NCBI GenBank assembly: GCA_041640455.1
Contig: JBEQAF010000033.1
Span: 1 to 21,141, forward strand
Direction: 5' to 3'
From: a bacterium
GTDB lineage: Bacteria; CALINM01
Length of the DNA stretch: 21,141 nt
The notes beneath the pieces were generated by a model. That model was not told the DNA's origin. It worked only from the letters and a program-made list of their open reading frames with translations, and made no database searches. This document shows positions 1 through 11,672 of the stretch, in pieces (the first letter of the stretch is position 1; the number at the start of each line of letters is the position of its first letter). A program made the position numbers and the translations under genes.

Positions 1-59
1 CTATAAGAGAAGGCGGAAGAACCATAGGCGCAGGCGTCGTTACAGAAGTAATAGAATAG
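1..59 (+). CDS. tuf: Elongation factor Tu, C-terminal end (partial)
   Basis: Frame from base 3 reads IREGGRTIGAGVVTEVIE* (TAG 57-59), the canonical EF-Tu C-terminus; lies upstream of rpmG-tRNA-Trp-secE. Confidence 0.97.
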   Translation, partial: IREGGRTIGAGVVTEVIE

Positions 60-69
60 GGAGCCATAG

Positions 70-222
70 ATGAGAGATATTATAAGTCTTAACTGCACAG
101 GGTGCAAAAGAAAGAACTATACAACTACCAAAAATAAGAAGAAACATACCGAAAAGCTTGAAATCAAGAAATTTTGTCCTTCCTGTAAAACCCATGTTTT
201 ACACAAGGAGGGTAAGGTTTAA
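70..222 (+). CDS. rpmG: 50S ribosomal protein L33 (Zn-binding C+ form), 50 aa; missing from ORF track
   Basis: Manual translation [50 protein letters not shown]; two CxxC motifs; SD GGGAG upstream; conserved position. Confidence 0.97.
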   Translation: MRDIISLNCTGCKRKNYTTTKNKKKHTEKLEIKKFCPSCKTHVLHKEGKV

Positions 223-225
223 GAT

Positions 226-299
226 AGGACAGTAGCTCGAACGGCTAGAGCAGCGGTCTCCAAAACCGCGGGTTGGGGGTTCGAATCCCTCCTGTCCTG
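226..299 (+). tRNA. tRNA-Trp (anticodon CCA); 3' CCA not encoded
   Basis: Cloverleaf: acceptor AGGACAG/CTGTCCT, D stem GCTC/GAGC, anticodon stem GCGGT/ACCGC with loop CTCCAAA, T arm GGGGG-TTCGAAT-CCCTC, discriminator G299. Confidence 0.97.
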
Positions 300-324
300 T
301 TGAATTAAACATAAAGGATCCCTG

Positions 325-525
325 ATGAATATAAAGGAACTGTTTGATAAACTAAAGATATTTATAGACGAATCTATCGCCGAGTTAAAAAAGGTTACCT
401 GGCCTCCTAAGAAGGAAACCCTTAAAGCATCTTATGCGGTTATTATATTTGTTATCGTGCTCGGAGTTTTTTTAGGCATTGTTGATTTTCTTCTTGCAAA
501 ATTAGTAAATTGGATGGTCGGTTAA
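325..525 (+). CDS. secE: Preprotein translocase subunit SecE
   Basis: ELKKVTWP motif followed by one TM helix; between tRNA-Trp and nusG. Confidence 0.96.
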   Translation: MNIKELFDKLKIFIDESIAELKKVTWPPKKETLKASYAVIIFVIVLGVFLGIVDFLLAKLVNWMVG

Positions 526-526
526 T

Positions 527-1063
527 ATGGCTCTCAAATGGTACATTGTAAATACCTACTCTGGATACGAGAACAGAGTAAAACAGCTTCTTGAAGAAAA
601 GATAAAAAGCCAGAAACTGGAAAATCTTTTTGGAGAGATTGTAATACCGGTTGAGAAAGTAGTTGAACCAGGTAAGTCTGGGAAGAAGATCGGTACGAGA
701 AAGTTTTATCCCAGCTACATACTGGTTCAGATGGAGATGAATGACGATACGTGGCATATTGTAAAATCGGTGCCAAAGGTTACAGGATTTGTAGGACCTG
801 AAAGAGGAACCAAACCTATCCCTTTAAGCGATAGTGAGGTTCAGAAGATATTCCAGCAGATGCAGGAGGGGATTAAAAAGCCTAAACCTAAAATTGAATT
901 TTCAAAAAATGATACGGTAAGAATTATAGACGGACCATTCGCAAATTTTAATGGTGTTGTGGATGAGGTTAATCTTGATAGCGGAAAGCTGAGAGTTAGC
1001 ATAAACATCTTCAATAGATCAACACCTGTAGAGGTGGACTTTCATCAGGTTGAAAAGACCTGA
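527..1063 (+). CDS. nusG: Transcription termination/antitermination factor NusG
   Basis: WYIVNTYSGYE N-terminus, VPKVTGFVG, KOW domain (VRIIDGPFANFNGVV...IFNRSTPVEVDF). Confidence 0.98.
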   Translation: MALKWYIVNTYSGYENRVKQLLEEKIKSQKLENLFGEIVIPVEKVVEPGKSGKKIGTRKFYPSYILVQMEMNDDTWHIVKSVPKVTGFVGPERGTKPIPLSDSEVQKIFQQMQEGIKKPKPKIEFSKNDTVRIIDGPFANFNGVVDEVNLDSGKLRVSINIFNRSTPVEVDFHQVEKT

Positions 1064-1097
1064 TTCTTTTTACACAATAAAACTTGGGAGAATCTAA

Positions 1098-1523
1098 ATG
1101 GCAAAGAAGGTAGTAGCACAGGTTAAGATTCAGTTACCAGCAGGTAAGGCAACTCCAGCACCTCCCGTTGGTCCCGCACTGGGTCAGCATGGTGTCAACA
1201 TTATGGAGTTCGTAAAGGCGTTTAATGCGGTTACGGCAAAACAGGAAGGTATGATTATTCCTGCTTTGATCACCATTTACGCCGACAGGAGTTTTACATT
1301 TATCACAAAAACTCCTCCCACATCGGTCCTCATCATCAAGTATGCAGGGATTGAAAAAGGCTCATCCAAAGCCAAAAAAGAGGTTGCAGGAAAGATTAAA
1401 AGGGATCAGATTGTTGAGATTGCTAAGATTAAGTTACCTGACCTTAACTGCGATAGTCTGGATGCAGCAATCAGAACAGTGGAAGGTACAGCCAAAAGTA
1501 TGGGCGTACAAATAGTTGACTAA
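1098..1523 (+). CDS. rplK: 50S ribosomal protein L11
   Basis: [24 protein letters not shown] signature. Confidence 0.99.
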   Translation: MAKKVVAQVKIQLPAGKATPAPPVGPALGQHGVNIMEFVKAFNAVTAKQEGMIIPALITIYADRSFTFITKTPPTSVLIIKYAGIEKGSSKAKKEVAGKIKRDQIVEIAKIKLPDLNCDSLDAAIRTVEGTAKSMGVQIVD

Positions 1524-1533
1524 AGGAGATACT

Positions 1534-2238
1534 ATGGCACAGTTGAGCAAAAAATATAAAGCGGCTTTAGAAAAATATGACCCTTTTAAATTATATTCCA
1601 TAGAGGAAGCCTTTGAAAAGGTAAAGGAGCTATCCTACGCAAAATTTGATGAGACCATTGAAGTGGCTATAAATCTTGGAGTTGATCCCAAGCATTCTGA
1701 CCAGATGGTCAGAGGTGCAGTTGTTCTTCCCCATGGAACAGGGAAAACTGTTAGAGTTCTGGTTTTTGCCAAAGGTGAAAAGGAAAAAGAGGCAAGAGAA
1801 GCTGGAGCTGATTACGTTGGTGCCGAAGATCTGGTGGAAAAAATTCAGTCTGGATGGTTTGAATTCGATAAGGCTATCGCAACCCCTGATATAATGGGGC
1901 TTGTTGGTAAGCTCGGAAAGATACTGGGCCCCAGAGGGCTTATGCCCAATCCAAAGGTGGGTACAGTTACATTTGACGTAGCAAAGGCAATTAAGGAAGT
2001 TAAGGCTGGAAAGATAGAGTTTAAGGTTGATAAAGCTGGCATTATTCATGCCCCTATAGGGAAAAAATCCTTCCCGAAGGAAGCGCTCATTGAAAACTTT
2101 AAGGCTCTTATTGAGACTGTTATAAAGTTAAAACCCGCTACAAGTAAGGGGATATATCTGAAAAAATGTTCAATCAGTTCAACAATGGGACCAGGAATAA
2201 AGCTTGATCCAGTCCCGGTCAGGACAATGTTTAAATAG
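1534..2238 (+). CDS. rplA: 50S ribosomal protein L1 (start revised to ATG 1534)
   Basis: [47 protein letters not shown] precedes ATG 1534, not the TTG 1516 given in the ORF track. Confidence 0.98.
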   Translation: MAQLSKKYKAALEKYDPFKLYSIEEAFEKVKELSYAKFDETIEVAINLGVDPKHSDQMVRGAVVLPHGTGKTVRVLVFAKGEKEKEAREAGADYVGAEDLVEKIQSGWFEFDKAIATPDIMGLVGKLGKILGPRGLMPNPKVGTVTFDVAKAIKEVKAGKIEFKVDKAGIIHAPIGKKSFPKEALIENFKALIETVIKLKPATSKGIYLKKCSISSTMGPGIKLDPVPVRTMFK

Positions 2239-2245
2239 ACACCTG

Positions 2246-2354
2246 GTCTAAGAAAGTAGGTACACCCTGTGTGTTTAAACTCTGAAAGGGCCTACCGAGA
2301 CGGGTTAGGAATAAAAATTTAGTCCTCCCGTCAATTATTAAATGAGAAGGGAGG
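2246..2354 (+). promoter_or_regulatory. L10 leader (rplJL autoregulatory RNA)
   Basis: Stems GTCT(2246-2249)/AGAC(2298-2301) and GTAGG(2256-2260)/CCTAC(2291-2295) with internal AAGAAA and TTAAA, resembling the L10(L12)4-binding leader; alternative hairpin GACGGG...CCCGTC (2299-2332) contains anti-SD CCTCCC (2324-2329) complementary to SD GGGAGG (2349-2354). Confidence 0.85.
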
Positions 2355-2361
2355 TGATTAT

Positions 2362-2886
2362 TTGAAAAAGCTCGAAAAACAGCAGATAATTGATGGTGTA
2401 AGGCAAAAGTTTGAAAAAGCTTCCTTTGCCGTGCTTGTTAAAAACAAGGGTCTTAGTGTGGCTGAGTTTACAGGTTTGAGAAGTAAGCTCAAACAGGCCA
2501 GGATTGATGCAAAGGTAGTGAAAAACACTCTTGTAATCAGAGCCATTGAGTCTAACAGTTACAGAGTTCTTAAAGATTTTTATAAGGGACCTACGATTAC
2601 TTTATGGGCTTACGACGATCCGGTTACTCTGGCAAAAATTGTTACCGAGTTTCTTAAAGATCAGCAGAAGGCGGAGCTACTGGTAGGAGCCATAAATGAC
2701 AGGGTACTCAATGCCACAGATATTGCTAAGCTATCTACTTTACCCTCGAAAAATGAACTTCTTGCAAAGATGCTCGGTTCATTAAAGTCCCCAACAACTG
2801 GATTTGTTAATGTACTTGCTGGTATTCCCAGAAGTTTTCTTAACGTACTTAATGCGATTAAAGAACAAAAATCAAATCAAAATTAA
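2362..2886 (+). CDS. rplJ: 50S ribosomal protein L10 (TTG start)
   Basis: GLSVAEFTGLRSKL, VVKNTLV, LSTLPSKNELLAKMLGSL; strong SD GGAGGTGA. Confidence 0.97.
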   Translation: MKKLEKQQIIDGVRQKFEKASFAVLVKNKGLSVAEFTGLRSKLKQARIDAKVVKNTLVIRAIESNSYRVLKDFYKGPTITLWAYDDPVTLAKIVTEFLKDQQKAELLVGAINDRVLNATDIAKLSTLPSKNELLAKMLGSLKSPTTGFVNVLAGIPRSFLNVLNAIKEQKSNQN

Positions 2887-2904
2887 TAAGGAGGCATTTT
2901 TAAA

Positions 2905-3291
2905 ATGGCAATAACAAAACAGGATGTAATTGAATTTATTAAGAACATGACAGTAATAGAGCTCGCTGATTTTGTAAAGGAGCTTGAAGAAATTTTTGGT
3001 GTTTCTGCTGCTGCACCCGTAGCAGTGGCAGCAGTTGCTCCTGGTGCAGCTGCACCTGCTGCGGCTCAGGAAGAGGAAAAAACTGAGTTTGATCTTATCC
3101 TCACTGACGCAGGAGCAGACAAGATTAAGGTTATTAAAGTTGTAAGAGAGCTTACAAGCTTAGGCTTAAAAGAAGCCAAAGACCTTGTTGAATCAGCACC
3201 GAAACCTGTAAAGCAGGGTATTCCAAAAGAAGAAGCTTTAGCTGGTAAGAAAAAATTAGAAGAAGTTGGTGCGAAAGCTGACGTTAAATAG
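2905..3291 (+). CDS. rplL: 50S ribosomal protein L7/L12
   Basis: Ala-rich hinge, [34 protein letters not shown]. Confidence 0.99.
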   Translation: MAITKQDVIEFIKNMTVIELADFVKELEEIFGVSAAAPVAVAAVAPGAAAPAAAQEEEKTEFDLILTDAGADKIKVIKVVRELTSLGLKEAKDLVESAPKPVKQGIPKEEALAGKKKLEEVGAKADVK

Positions 3292-3304
3292 TTTAAAAAT
3301 TTTC

Positions 3305-3336
3305 GGGGAGATTATTCTCCCCCTAATTTCCTTTTA
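3305..3336 (+). terminator. Putative attenuator/weak terminator between rplL and rpoB
   Basis: Hairpin GGGGAGA-TTAT-TCTCCCC (3305-3322) followed by an imperfect T-rich tail; same position as the known rplL-rpoB attenuator. Confidence 0.6.
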
Positions 3337-3412
3337 TCACATCAATAATGAAAAAAAGAATCTTTTTTACTTTTTTTGCATCCTCCAAAAAAATAAAGGA
3401 GTATAACAATCT

Positions 3413-6400
3413 ATGATGGAAAATCAATTTTATGGAAGATTAAGAAAAGACTTCAGCAAAATTTCCAGTGTCTTAGATGTTCCTTATCTTCTTGAAGTTC
3501 AAAAAAAATCTTATCAGAATTTTTTAGAAAAAGATACATCCGGTGGAAAGAGAAAAAAAGGGCTTATGGGAGCCTTTTTAAGTGTATTTCCTATTACGGA
3601 CTATACCAATAAATACACTATTGAGTTTGTTGATTATTATCTTGCGGAACCTAAATTTACTGAGGAAGAGGCAAGGACGAAGGGTGTAACCTATTCGGCA
3701 CCCATTAAGATAAAGGTCAGGCTTTTAATCAGAGCAGATGAAGATGGGAAGGTATCTGACGAAGTAATCACCTTTAAAGAGCAGGAAATCTATTTCGGTG
3801 AAATTCCGTTAATGACGGAGAACGGCACCTTTATTATAAATGGCGCAGAGAGAGTGATTGTTAATCAGCTTCAGAGATCACCTGGCGTTTTCTTTGAAGA
3901 AGATAAACAGACCAATATTACAACTGGCAAAAGGCAGTTTACGGCAAGGATAATCCCTATCAGGGGCTCCTGGCTGGATTTTGAATTTGATCAGAAAGAC
4001 CTTCTAACTGTTAAGATAGATAGAAAAAAAAGATTTCTTGTAACCACTTTTCTTAAAGCTTTAGGGCTTACAGCAGAACAGATTTTAAACACCTTTTATA
4101 AGCCTGAAAAAGTTTCAATAAATGACGGTAAGATATACAAAGATCTGGTTCCTGAAGTGCTGGAAGGATTAAGGGCATCCTTTGATGTGACCACAGATAA
4201 AGGTGAGGCTGTCCTCAAAAAGGGTTTAAAGTTCACCAAAGGAAATATTAAAAAAATAATTAAATCAAAAATTAACAGCATTCAGGTTAAATTAGAAGAT
4301 ATTTTAGGATCTGTACTGGCAAATCCTGTTTTCAACAAAGAGACAGGTGAGCTTCTTTATAACTGTAACACGATTATCACTGAAGATGTCTTTGAAAATC
4401 TTGTAGCTAATAAGATCTCTGAATTTAACATCATAACCTTTAACGGTTACAACATGTCACACTGCATAAGTGAGACACTCAGAAGCGACGAAAAGATAGA
4501 AAGCAAAAAGGCTGCCTTGCTTGAGATTTACAAAAAGATGAGACCCAATGAGCCGGCTACTGAAACAGTAGCATCGGAGTTTTTTCACGGGCTCTTTTTT
4601 GATCCAGACAAATATGACCTTTCTCCTGTTGGGAGACTCAAGCTGAACTATAAGTTTAACCTTGCTATGGATGTGGAAAACTGTATTCTTACCCAGGAAG
4701 ATATTATCCTGCTTATTCAACATCTCATATCCCTTAAAAACGGTAAGGGCAGCCCGGATGATATTGATAATTTAGGGAATAGAAGAGTTAGAACCGTAGG
4801 AGAGCTGGTTGAAAATCAATTCAGAATGGGACTGGTAAGAATGGATAAGATGGTCAAGGAAAGAATGACCATAATAGACATGGAAACAGCCATGCCTCAA
4901 GATGTGGTAAACCCCAAACCGGTAATGGCAGTTCTTAAGGAGTTTTTTGGAAGTAGTCAGCTATCTCAGTTTATGGATCAGACAAATCCACTTTCAGAGG
5001 TTACCCATAAAAGAAGGCTCAGTGCTTTGGGTCCTGGTGGTCTATCCCGTGAAAGAGCGGGCTTTGAGGTCAGGGACGTTCATCCTACCCATTATGGTAG
5101 AATCTGCCCTATTGAAACACCTGAGGGACAGAATATCGGATTGATTACTTCATTAAGCACCTTTGCCAGAATTAACGAATACGGATTTATAGAGACTCCT
5201 TACAGGGTTGTGAAAGATGGAGTGGTAACTGGTGAGGTCAGATATCTCTCAGCCCTTGAAGAGGAGAAACATGTTATTGCGCAGGCAAACGCTGAGCTTG
5301 ATGATAAAGGTAGTTTTAAAAATGAGCTGGTTCTTGCCCGTTTAAGTGGCGAGTTTGTGTCAAAAAAACCCGAAGAAGTTACCTATATGGACGTTTCACC
5401 CAAACAGGTGGTATCGGTTGCAGCATCTTTAATTCCCTTTCTCGAACACGACGACGCAAACAGAGCTCTTATGGGCTCTAACATGCAGAGACAGGCCGTA
5501 CCATTGCTTGAACCGGAAGCACCGCTTGTTGGTACTGGAATGGAATATATAGTTGCAAGAGATTCTGGTGCTGTAGTTGTGGCAAAAAGAAGCGGAATAG
5601 TTGAAAGCGTAGATGCAACAAGAATTGTTATTAAACCTGATACCACAGAGAAGGAAGATCTGATAGACATATATAACCTGATTAAATTCAGAAAAACAAA
5701 CCAGAACACCTGCATTAATCAAAGACCCATGGTAAACAAGGGGCAGTTTGTAAGAAAAGGGCAGGTTATAGCCTATGGCTTTGCCACCGATGGTCCTGAG
5801 CTTGCTCTGGGAAGAAATGTGCTGGTTGCATTCATGCCATGGGAAGGTTTTAACTTTGAGGATTCCATAATCATTAGTGAGAGATTGGTTAAAGAGGATG
5901 TGTTTACCTCCATACATATCGAAGAGTTTGAGGTAGCTGCAAGAGACACAAAGCTCGGTAAGGAAGAGATAACCAGAGATATACCCAATGTGGGTGAAGA
6001 TGCCCTTAAATATCTGGATGATAGCGGAATTATAAAGATCGGCGCAGAGATAAAACCAAATGATATTCTGGTAGGTAAAGTTACTCCCAAAGGCGAGACC
6101 ATGCTCACTGGAGAGGAAAAGCTTATAAGGGCAATCTTTGGCGAAAAATCTACCGAGACGAAGGATACCTCACTTAGAGTTCCACCAGGTATATACGGCA
6201 TTGTAATAGATACAAAGGTCTTCTCAAGAAGGGGAACCGATAAGGATGATAGGTCAAGAGAGATAGAGGAGAAAGAGCTTGAAAAGCTTTCTCGTGATAA
6301 GGACGATGAGATAAGAATTCTTAAAGATAACTTTTACGAGAAGATAAAAAAGCTACTGATTGGCAAAAAGGTTGCCAACAAACTAACAGACGAAGACGGA

Positions 6401-7513
6401 AATGTGATACTCCAGAAGGGCAAAGAGATAACTGAAGAAGTTCTCGAAAAGATACCCTTTGAGGAGTGGGAAAACATTTCACTTCAGCAGAAAACAGACT
6501 GTGAGGAGAAAATAAAAAATCTTTTTGATAAGCTTAAAGATCAGACAGAGCTTGTAGAGATGCTTTTTAAAGAAAAGATTAATAAGCTTAAAAGAGGTGA
6601 TGATCTGCCGCCAGGTGTTCAGAAAATGGTAAAGGTATATGTGGCAATTAAAAGAAAGCTTTCTCCTGGCGATAAAATGGCAGGAAGACACGGAAATAAG
6701 GGCGTTGTTTCAATAGTCGTACCTGAAGAGGATATGCCTTTCCTGAAAGACGGCACTTCAGTCGACATGGTATTGAATCCTCTTGGTGTTCCTTCCCGTA
6801 TGAACGTTGGACAGATTCTGGAGACCCATCTTGGCTGGGCGGCTAAAGGGCTTGGTAATATTGTAAATCAGTATCTCAATGAAAACTCAAAAAAATTGAA
6901 GGAGGTACTAAAAAAGATTTATGATTCTCCTAAAATAAACAAGATTATTTCAAGCCTGACCGATGATGAGCTTTATTCAGTGGCAAAAGAGATTGCCCGT
7001 AAAGGGCTATTTATGGCAACACCAGTTTTTGAAGGTGCTACAGAAGCAGAGATTAAAAAACTACTTAAAGAAGCCAATCTTCCAGAATCTGGTCAGATTA
7101 CTTTATATGATGGTAAGACTGGAGAACCTTTTCATCAGAAAGTTACGGTTGGATACATGTATATGCTTAAGCTCCATCATCTTGTGGATGACAAGGTTCA
7201 TGCAAGGTCAACTGGTCCTTATTCACTGGTTACTCAGCAGCCACTGGGTGGAAAAGCACATTTTGGAGGTCAGAGGCTGGGAGAGATGGAAGTTTGGGCA
7301 CTGGAAGCTTACGGAGCCGCATACTCATTGCAGGAATTTTTAACTGTTAAGTCCGATGATGTTTATGGAAGAGGTAAGGTATATGAAGCCATAGTTAAAG
7401 GCGATAATGTTCCTGAGCCAAGCATCCCGGAATCCTTTAACGTGTTACTTAAGGAGCTTAGAAGTCTGGCTCTTGATGTGGAAATCATAAAATTAGAAGA
7501 AGAACAGGAATAA
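3413..7513 (+). CDS. rpoB: DNA-directed RNA polymerase beta subunit
   Basis: [53 protein letters not shown]; 1366 aa. Confidence 0.99.
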   Translation: MMENQFYGRLRKDFSKISSVLDVPYLLEVQKKSYQNFLEKDTSGGKRKKGLMGAFLSVFPITDYTNKYTIEFVDYYLAEPKFTEEEARTKGVTYSAPIKIKVRLLIRADEDGKVSDEVITFKEQEIYFGEIPLMTENGTFIINGAERVIVNQLQRSPGVFFEEDKQTNITTGKRQFTARIIPIRGSWLDFEFDQKDLLTVKIDRKKRFLVTTFLKALGLTAEQILNTFYKPEKVSINDGKIYKDLVPEVLEGLRASFDVTTDKGEAVLKKGLKFTKGNIKKIIKSKINSIQVKLEDILGSVLANPVFNKETGELLYNCNTIITEDVFENLVANKISEFNIITFNGYNMSHCISETLRSDEKIESKKAALLEIYKKMRPNEPATETVASEFFHGLFFDPDKYDLSPVGRLKLNYKFNLAMDVENCILTQEDIILLIQHLISLKNGKGSPDDIDNLGNRRVRTVGELVENQFRMGLVRMDKMVKERMTIIDMETAMPQDVVNPKPVMAVLKEFFGSSQLSQFMDQTNPLSEVTHKRRLSALGPGGLSRERAGFEVRDVHPTHYGRICPIETPEGQNIGLITSLSTFARINEYGFIETPYRVVKDGVVTGEVRYLSALEEEKHVIAQANAELDDKGSFKNELVLARLSGEFVSKKPEEVTYMDVSPKQVVSVAASLIPFLEHDDANRALMGSNMQRQAVPLLEPEAPLVGTGMEYIVARDSGAVVVAKRSGIVESVDATRIVIKPDTTEKEDLIDIYNLIKFRKTNQNTCINQRPMVNKGQFVRKGQVIAYGFATDGPELALGRNVLVAFMPWEGFNFEDSIIISERLVKEDVFTSIHIEEFEVAARDTKLGKEEITRDIPNVGEDALKYLDDSGIIKIGAEIKPNDILVGKVTPKGETMLTGEEKLIRAIFGEKSTETKDTSLRVPPGIYGIVIDTKVFSRRGTDKDDRSREIEEKELEKLSRDKDDEIRILKDNFYEKIKKLLIGKKVANKLTDEDGNVILQKGKEITEEVLEKIPFEEWENISLQQKTDCEEKIKNLFDKLKDQTELVEMLFKEKINKLKRGDDLPPGVQKMVKVYVAIKRKLSPGDKMAGRHGNKGVVSIVVPEEDMPFLKDGTSVDMVLNPLGVPSRMNVGQILETHLGWAAKGLGNIVNQYLNENSKKLKEVLKKIYDSPKINKIISSLTDDELYSVAKEIARKGLFMATPVFEGATEAEIKKLLKEANLPESGQITLYDGKTGEPFHQKVTVGYMYMLKLHHLVDDKVHARSTGPYSLVTQQPLGGKAHFGGQRLGEMEVWALEAYGAAYSLQEFLTVKSDDVYGRGKVYEAIVKGDNVPEPSIPESFNVLLKELRSLALDVEIIKLEEEQE

Positions 7514-7525
7514 AGGAGGTTTAAA

Positions 7526-10500
7526 TTGGATAATATATATGGCTTTTATTTCAAGTCAGAAGAAGCAAAAGAGTTTAATTCAATTAAGATCTCTATTGCT
7601 TCACCGGAAAAAATAAAAGAATGGTCTCATGGGGAGGTTAAAAAACCCGAGACTATTAATTACAGAACCTTCAAACCTGAGAAAGACGGGCTATTCTGCG
7701 CCAAAATATTCGGACCTCAGAAAGATTTTGAGTGTAACTGTGGAAAATATAAGAGGATGAAGCATAGAAATCAGGTCTGTGAACGTTGTGGCGTAGAGGT
7801 AATTCACTCAAGAGTCAGACGTGAAAGGATGGGGCATATTGAGCTGGCAGCACCTGTAGCCCATATCTGGTTTCTAAGATCCCTTCCCAGCAGAATTGGT
7901 ACCATTCTTGACATCCAGTTAAAACAGCTTGAAAAGGTTTTGTATTTTGAAGCCTATATTGTAATAGATCCCAAGAAAACCGATCTAATAAAAGGAGAGA
8001 TACTTACTGACGCTCAGTATTCTGAAGCTATTGAAAAATACGGAGAAGGTAGCTTTGAAGCAGGTATGGGTGCTGAAGCTATTAAGGAAATGTTAAAAAG
8101 AATAGATTTGAAGGAATTAAGCGCAGCACTGAAGGCTGAACTTTTAGATGCCGTTTCTGATGCCAAGAGAAAAAAGATAGCTCGAAGGCTTAAGATCGTA
8201 GATGCCTTTATAAAATCTGGAAATAAACCAGAATGGATGATTCTTGATGTTATTCCCGTCCTGCCGCCTGATCTTCGCCCCCTTGTTCAGCTTGAGGGAG
8301 GTAGATTTGGATCATCGGATCTAAACGATCTTTACAGGAGAGTGATTAACAGAAATAACAGATTGAAGAAGCTTTATGAACAGAATGCCCCTGATATTAT
8401 TATAAGAAATGAAAAAAGAATGTTACAGGAAGCAGTAGATGCACTTTTTGACAACGGAAAGAGAGGAAGAGCAGTTCTGGGAAGTCATAAAAGACCTCTT
8501 AAATCTCTCAGTGATATGATCAGAGGGAAGCAGGGTAGATTCAGACACAATCTGCTTGGAAAGAGGGTTGACTACTCTGGAAGATCTGTTATCGTTGTTG
8601 GACCTCATCTAAGAATGCATCAGTGTGGTCTCCCAAAAGTTATGGCTTTAGAGCTTTTTAAGCCATTTATATACTGGAAACTGGAACAGAAAGGTGTTGC
8701 AACTACTATAAAATCAATAAGAAAGATAGTGGAAAGAGAAAGACCAGAAGTATGGGATGCTCTCGAAGAGGTAACAAGAGAACATCCTGTTCTTCTCAAC
8801 AGGGCACCAACCCTCCACAGGCTTGGAATACAGGCTTTTGAGCCTATCCTGATTGAAGGTAAGGCTATTCAGCTTCATCCGCTTGTCTGTACAGCCTTTA
8901 ATGCAGACTTTGACGGAGATCAGATGGCTGTTCATGTGCCGCTTTCCATTGAGGCTCAGACTGAAGCAAGGGTACTTATGATGTCAACAAACAATATTCT
9001 GTCTCCAGCCAGTGGAAAACCCATAATAGGTCCCACACAGGATATTGTTCTTGGACTTTATTATATGACCAGAGAAAGACCGCTTGAGAGGGGAGAGGGG
9101 AAATATTTTGCCAATATTCAGGAAGTGAGAATTGCCTATGATACCAAAGAGATAGATCTGCACGCAAAAATTAAAGTTAAAATAAATGGTCAGATACAGG
9201 AGACAACCGTTGGAAGATGTCTCGTCTATGAGATTATGCCCCAAGAGATGCCCTTTTCTATCGTAAACAAGGTATTAAACAAAAAGGAGCTAAACAACAT
9301 AATTGATTATACCTATAGGAACTTTGGTCAGAAAAGTACTGTTATTGTTGCAGATAGACTTAAGGATCTTGGCTTTGCAATGGCGAAAACAGCGGGCATA
9401 TCTATCTGTATAGATCATATAATTATTCCAGTAAACAAGGACAAGATTATAGAAGAGGGGATGAAAAAGGATCTGGATATTGAAAATCAGTATGCTCACG
9501 GACATATTACGGCAGGAGAAAAATATAACAAAAAGGTAGACCTCTGGCAGACTGTTACCGAGAAGATTAAAAAAGAGATGATGAACGAGCTTAAGATGGA
9601 ACAGCTGGAAAAAAATGGACAGAAGGTTTCTACTGAAAGTTTCAATTCCATTTATATTATGGCTGACTCGGGTGCAAGAGGTAGCGTACAGCAGATAGTT
9701 CAGCTTGCAGGTATGAGAGGACTGATGGCAAAACCATCGGGTCAGATTATTGAAACACCTATTACAGCTAACTTTAAGGAAGGGCTATCTGTTTTGCAGT
9801 ACTTCATATCAACCCATGGTGCAAGAAAAGGTCTGGCAGATACGGCTTTAAAAACAGCTAATGCAGGATATCTCACAAGAAGACTTGTTGATGTGGCACA
9901 GGATGTAATTATCAGTATGGAAGATTGTGGCACAATTGACGGAATTTATGTAACCCATCTTATCAACTCCACAGGTGAAATAGAAGAAAGGCTTTCGGAA
10001 AGGATACTTGGAAGAATAGCTCTTGAAGACATAAGAGACCCCTACACAAATGATATCATTATTAAATCTGGTCAGGAATTTACTGAAAGTATAGTATCTA
10101 AAATTGAAGATGCAGGTTTTGACAGAGTTAAGGTTAGATCCCCATTGACCTGTAGAGCCAGGAGGGGTATCTGTGTAAAATGTTACGGAAGAGATCTTGC
10201 AAGAGGGCATCTGGTCAATATAGGTGAGGCGGTGGGCATAATTGCCGCTCAGTCTATAGGAGAGCCGGGAACTCAGCTTACGATGAGAACATTCCACTTG
10301 GGAGGAACAGCAGGCGGTAAGGCTGAGAAAAATACTCTTGAAATCAGAAACGAAGGTATTATTAAGTTAATTAACATTCAAACCGTTGTTGACAGGACTG
10401 GTACGCTTGTTGTAACTAACAGGCATGGGGAGATATCGGTAATAGATAACTTTGGAAGGGAGAGAGAGAAGTACTCAGTTATTTATGGATCAAGACTTCT

Positions 10501-11629
10501 TGTGAAAGATGGTGAGAAGGTAAAAAGCGGTAAAAGAGTTGCAGAATGGGATCCTTACTACATTCCGATTATTACCGAAGTAAGCGGTATTATTAAGTTT
10601 GGAGATATAATAGAGGGTGTTACCATAAAGGATCAGGTTGATGAAGTAACAGGTATGTCTCAAAAGATTGTTATTGATCATAAGGATATTTCATTGAGAC
10701 CCCGTATCTCCATTAAAGATAACGCAGGTAAAACACTCCGTATTCCCGGCAGCGGAATGGAGGCAAGATATCATCTACCTGTAAGCGCTATGATAATTGT
10801 TACAGAAGGACAGGAGGTTTCTGCAGGTGATATAATCGCCAAATATCCAAGAGATATAGCAAAACAGCACGATATAACAGGTGGTCTACCAAGAGTTGCT
10901 GAGCTTTTTGAGGCAAGAAGACCAAAAAAATACGCACTCATATCCGAGATAGATGGATATGTAACCTTTGGTAAGGACAGTAAAGGTAAAAGACAGATTA
11001 TAATCAAACCAGAATATGGTGAAGAAAAGGTATATCAGATTCCAAAAGGCAAATATATAATCGTAAGGGAAGGGGAGTTTATAAAAGCCGGTGAAAAGCT
11101 AATCGAGGGTTCGCCCAACCCCCACGATATACTTAAGGTGCTGGGTGATAAAGAGCTGGCAAGATTCCTCGTTGATGAGATTCAGAATGTTTACAGACTA
11201 CAGGGTGTTAAAATAAACGATAAGCATTTCGAAATAATAGTAAGACAGATGTTGAAAAAGGTTAAGATCGTTGAAGCTGGTGAGACTGGTTTTATAGAGG
11301 GCGATATCGTTGACAAGGTGGTTTTTGAAGAGGAAAACAGAAAGGCTGTGAGTGAAGGGAAGAAACCAGCCAGAGCTGAGGCTATGTTTTATGGTATAAC
11401 AAAGGCATCTTTGAGCACAGAAAGCTTTATTTCAGCCGCTTCCTTCCAGGAGACTACCAAGGTTCTGACTCAAGCAGCCATTGAAGGGAAAATAGATTAC
11501 CTCAAAGGCTTAAAAGAAAACGTTATTGTAGGAAGGCTTGTACCTGCTGGAACTGGTTTAACACGATACAGAAACATTAATCCAGATATATCCACCGATG
11601 AAGAGCTGGAAGAGGTTGAATCAGCGTAA
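7526..11629 (+). CDS. rpoC: DNA-directed RNA polymerase beta' subunit (TTG start)
   Basis: Catalytic [11 protein letters not shown]-terminal Zn finger, [17 protein letters not shown] with SI3-type insertion; SD AAGGAGG before TTG. Confidence 0.99.
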   Translation: MDNIYGFYFKSEEAKEFNSIKISIASPEKIKEWSHGEVKKPETINYRTFKPEKDGLFCAKIFGPQKDFECNCGKYKRMKHRNQVCERCGVEVIHSRVRRERMGHIELAAPVAHIWFLRSLPSRIGTILDIQLKQLEKVLYFEAYIVIDPKKTDLIKGEILTDAQYSEAIEKYGEGSFEAGMGAEAIKEMLKRIDLKELSAALKAELLDAVSDAKRKKIARRLKIVDAFIKSGNKPEWMILDVIPVLPPDLRPLVQLEGGRFGSSDLNDLYRRVINRNNRLKKLYEQNAPDIIIRNEKRMLQEAVDALFDNGKRGRAVLGSHKRPLKSLSDMIRGKQGRFRHNLLGKRVDYSGRSVIVVGPHLRMHQCGLPKVMALELFKPFIYWKLEQKGVATTIKSIRKIVERERPEVWDALEEVTREHPVLLNRAPTLHRLGIQAFEPILIEGKAIQLHPLVCTAFNADFDGDQMAVHVPLSIEAQTEARVLMMSTNNILSPASGKPIIGPTQDIVLGLYYMTRERPLERGEGKYFANIQEVRIAYDTKEIDLHAKIKVKINGQIQETTVGRCLVYEIMPQEMPFSIVNKVLNKKELNNIIDYTYRNFGQKSTVIVADRLKDLGFAMAKTAGISICIDHIIIPVNKDKIIEEGMKKDLDIENQYAHGHITAGEKYNKKVDLWQTVTEKIKKEMMNELKMEQLEKNGQKVSTESFNSIYIMADSGARGSVQQIVQLAGMRGLMAKPSGQIIETPITANFKEGLSVLQYFISTHGARKGLADTALKTANAGYLTRRLVDVAQDVIISMEDCGTIDGIYVTHLINSTGEIEERLSERILGRIALEDIRDPYTNDIIIKSGQEFTESIVSKIEDAGFDRVKVRSPLTCRARRGICVKCYGRDLARGHLVNIGEAVGIIAAQSIGEPGTQLTMRTFHLGGTAGGKAEKNTLEIRNEGIIKLINIQTVVDRTGTLVVTNRHGEISVIDNFGREREKYSVIYGSRLLVKDGEKVKSGKRVAEWDPYYIPIITEVSGIIKFGDIIEGVTIKDQVDEVTGMSQKIVIDHKDISLRPRISIKDNAGKTLRIPGSGMEARYHLPVSAMIIVTEGQEVSAGDIIAKYPRDIAKQHDITGGLPRVAELFEARRPKKYALISEIDGYVTFGKDSKGKRQIIIKPEYGEEKVYQIPKGKYIIVREGEFIKAGEKLIEGSPNPHDILKVLGDKELARFLVDEIQNVYRLQGVKINDKHFEIIVRQMLKKVKIVEAGETGFIEGDIVDKVVFEEENRKAVSEGKKPARAEAMFYGITKASLSTESFISAASFQETTKVLTQAAIEGKIDYLKGLKENVIVGRLVPAGTGLTRYRNINPDISTDEELEEVESA

Positions 11630-11636
11630 AATAGAT

Positions 11637-11658
11637 GGGGGAGAAATCCCCCTTTTTT
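11637..11658 (+). terminator. Rho-independent terminator after rpoC
   Basis: GGGGGA-GAAA-TCCCCC stem with GNRA loop followed directly by TTTTTT. Confidence 0.85.
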
Positions 11659-11672
11659 ATTTGGAGGAATAA

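Noticed and set aside
1064..1097. L1-binding autoregulatory site upstream of rplK
   Set aside because: GGGAG is present but is explained as the SD; no supporting stem could be folded.
3413..11629. Inteins, rpoB-rpoC fusion, or alternative genetic code
   Set aside because: Lengths are ordinary, the genes are separated by a stop and 12 bp with an SD, and conserved motifs translate correctly with the standard bacterial code.
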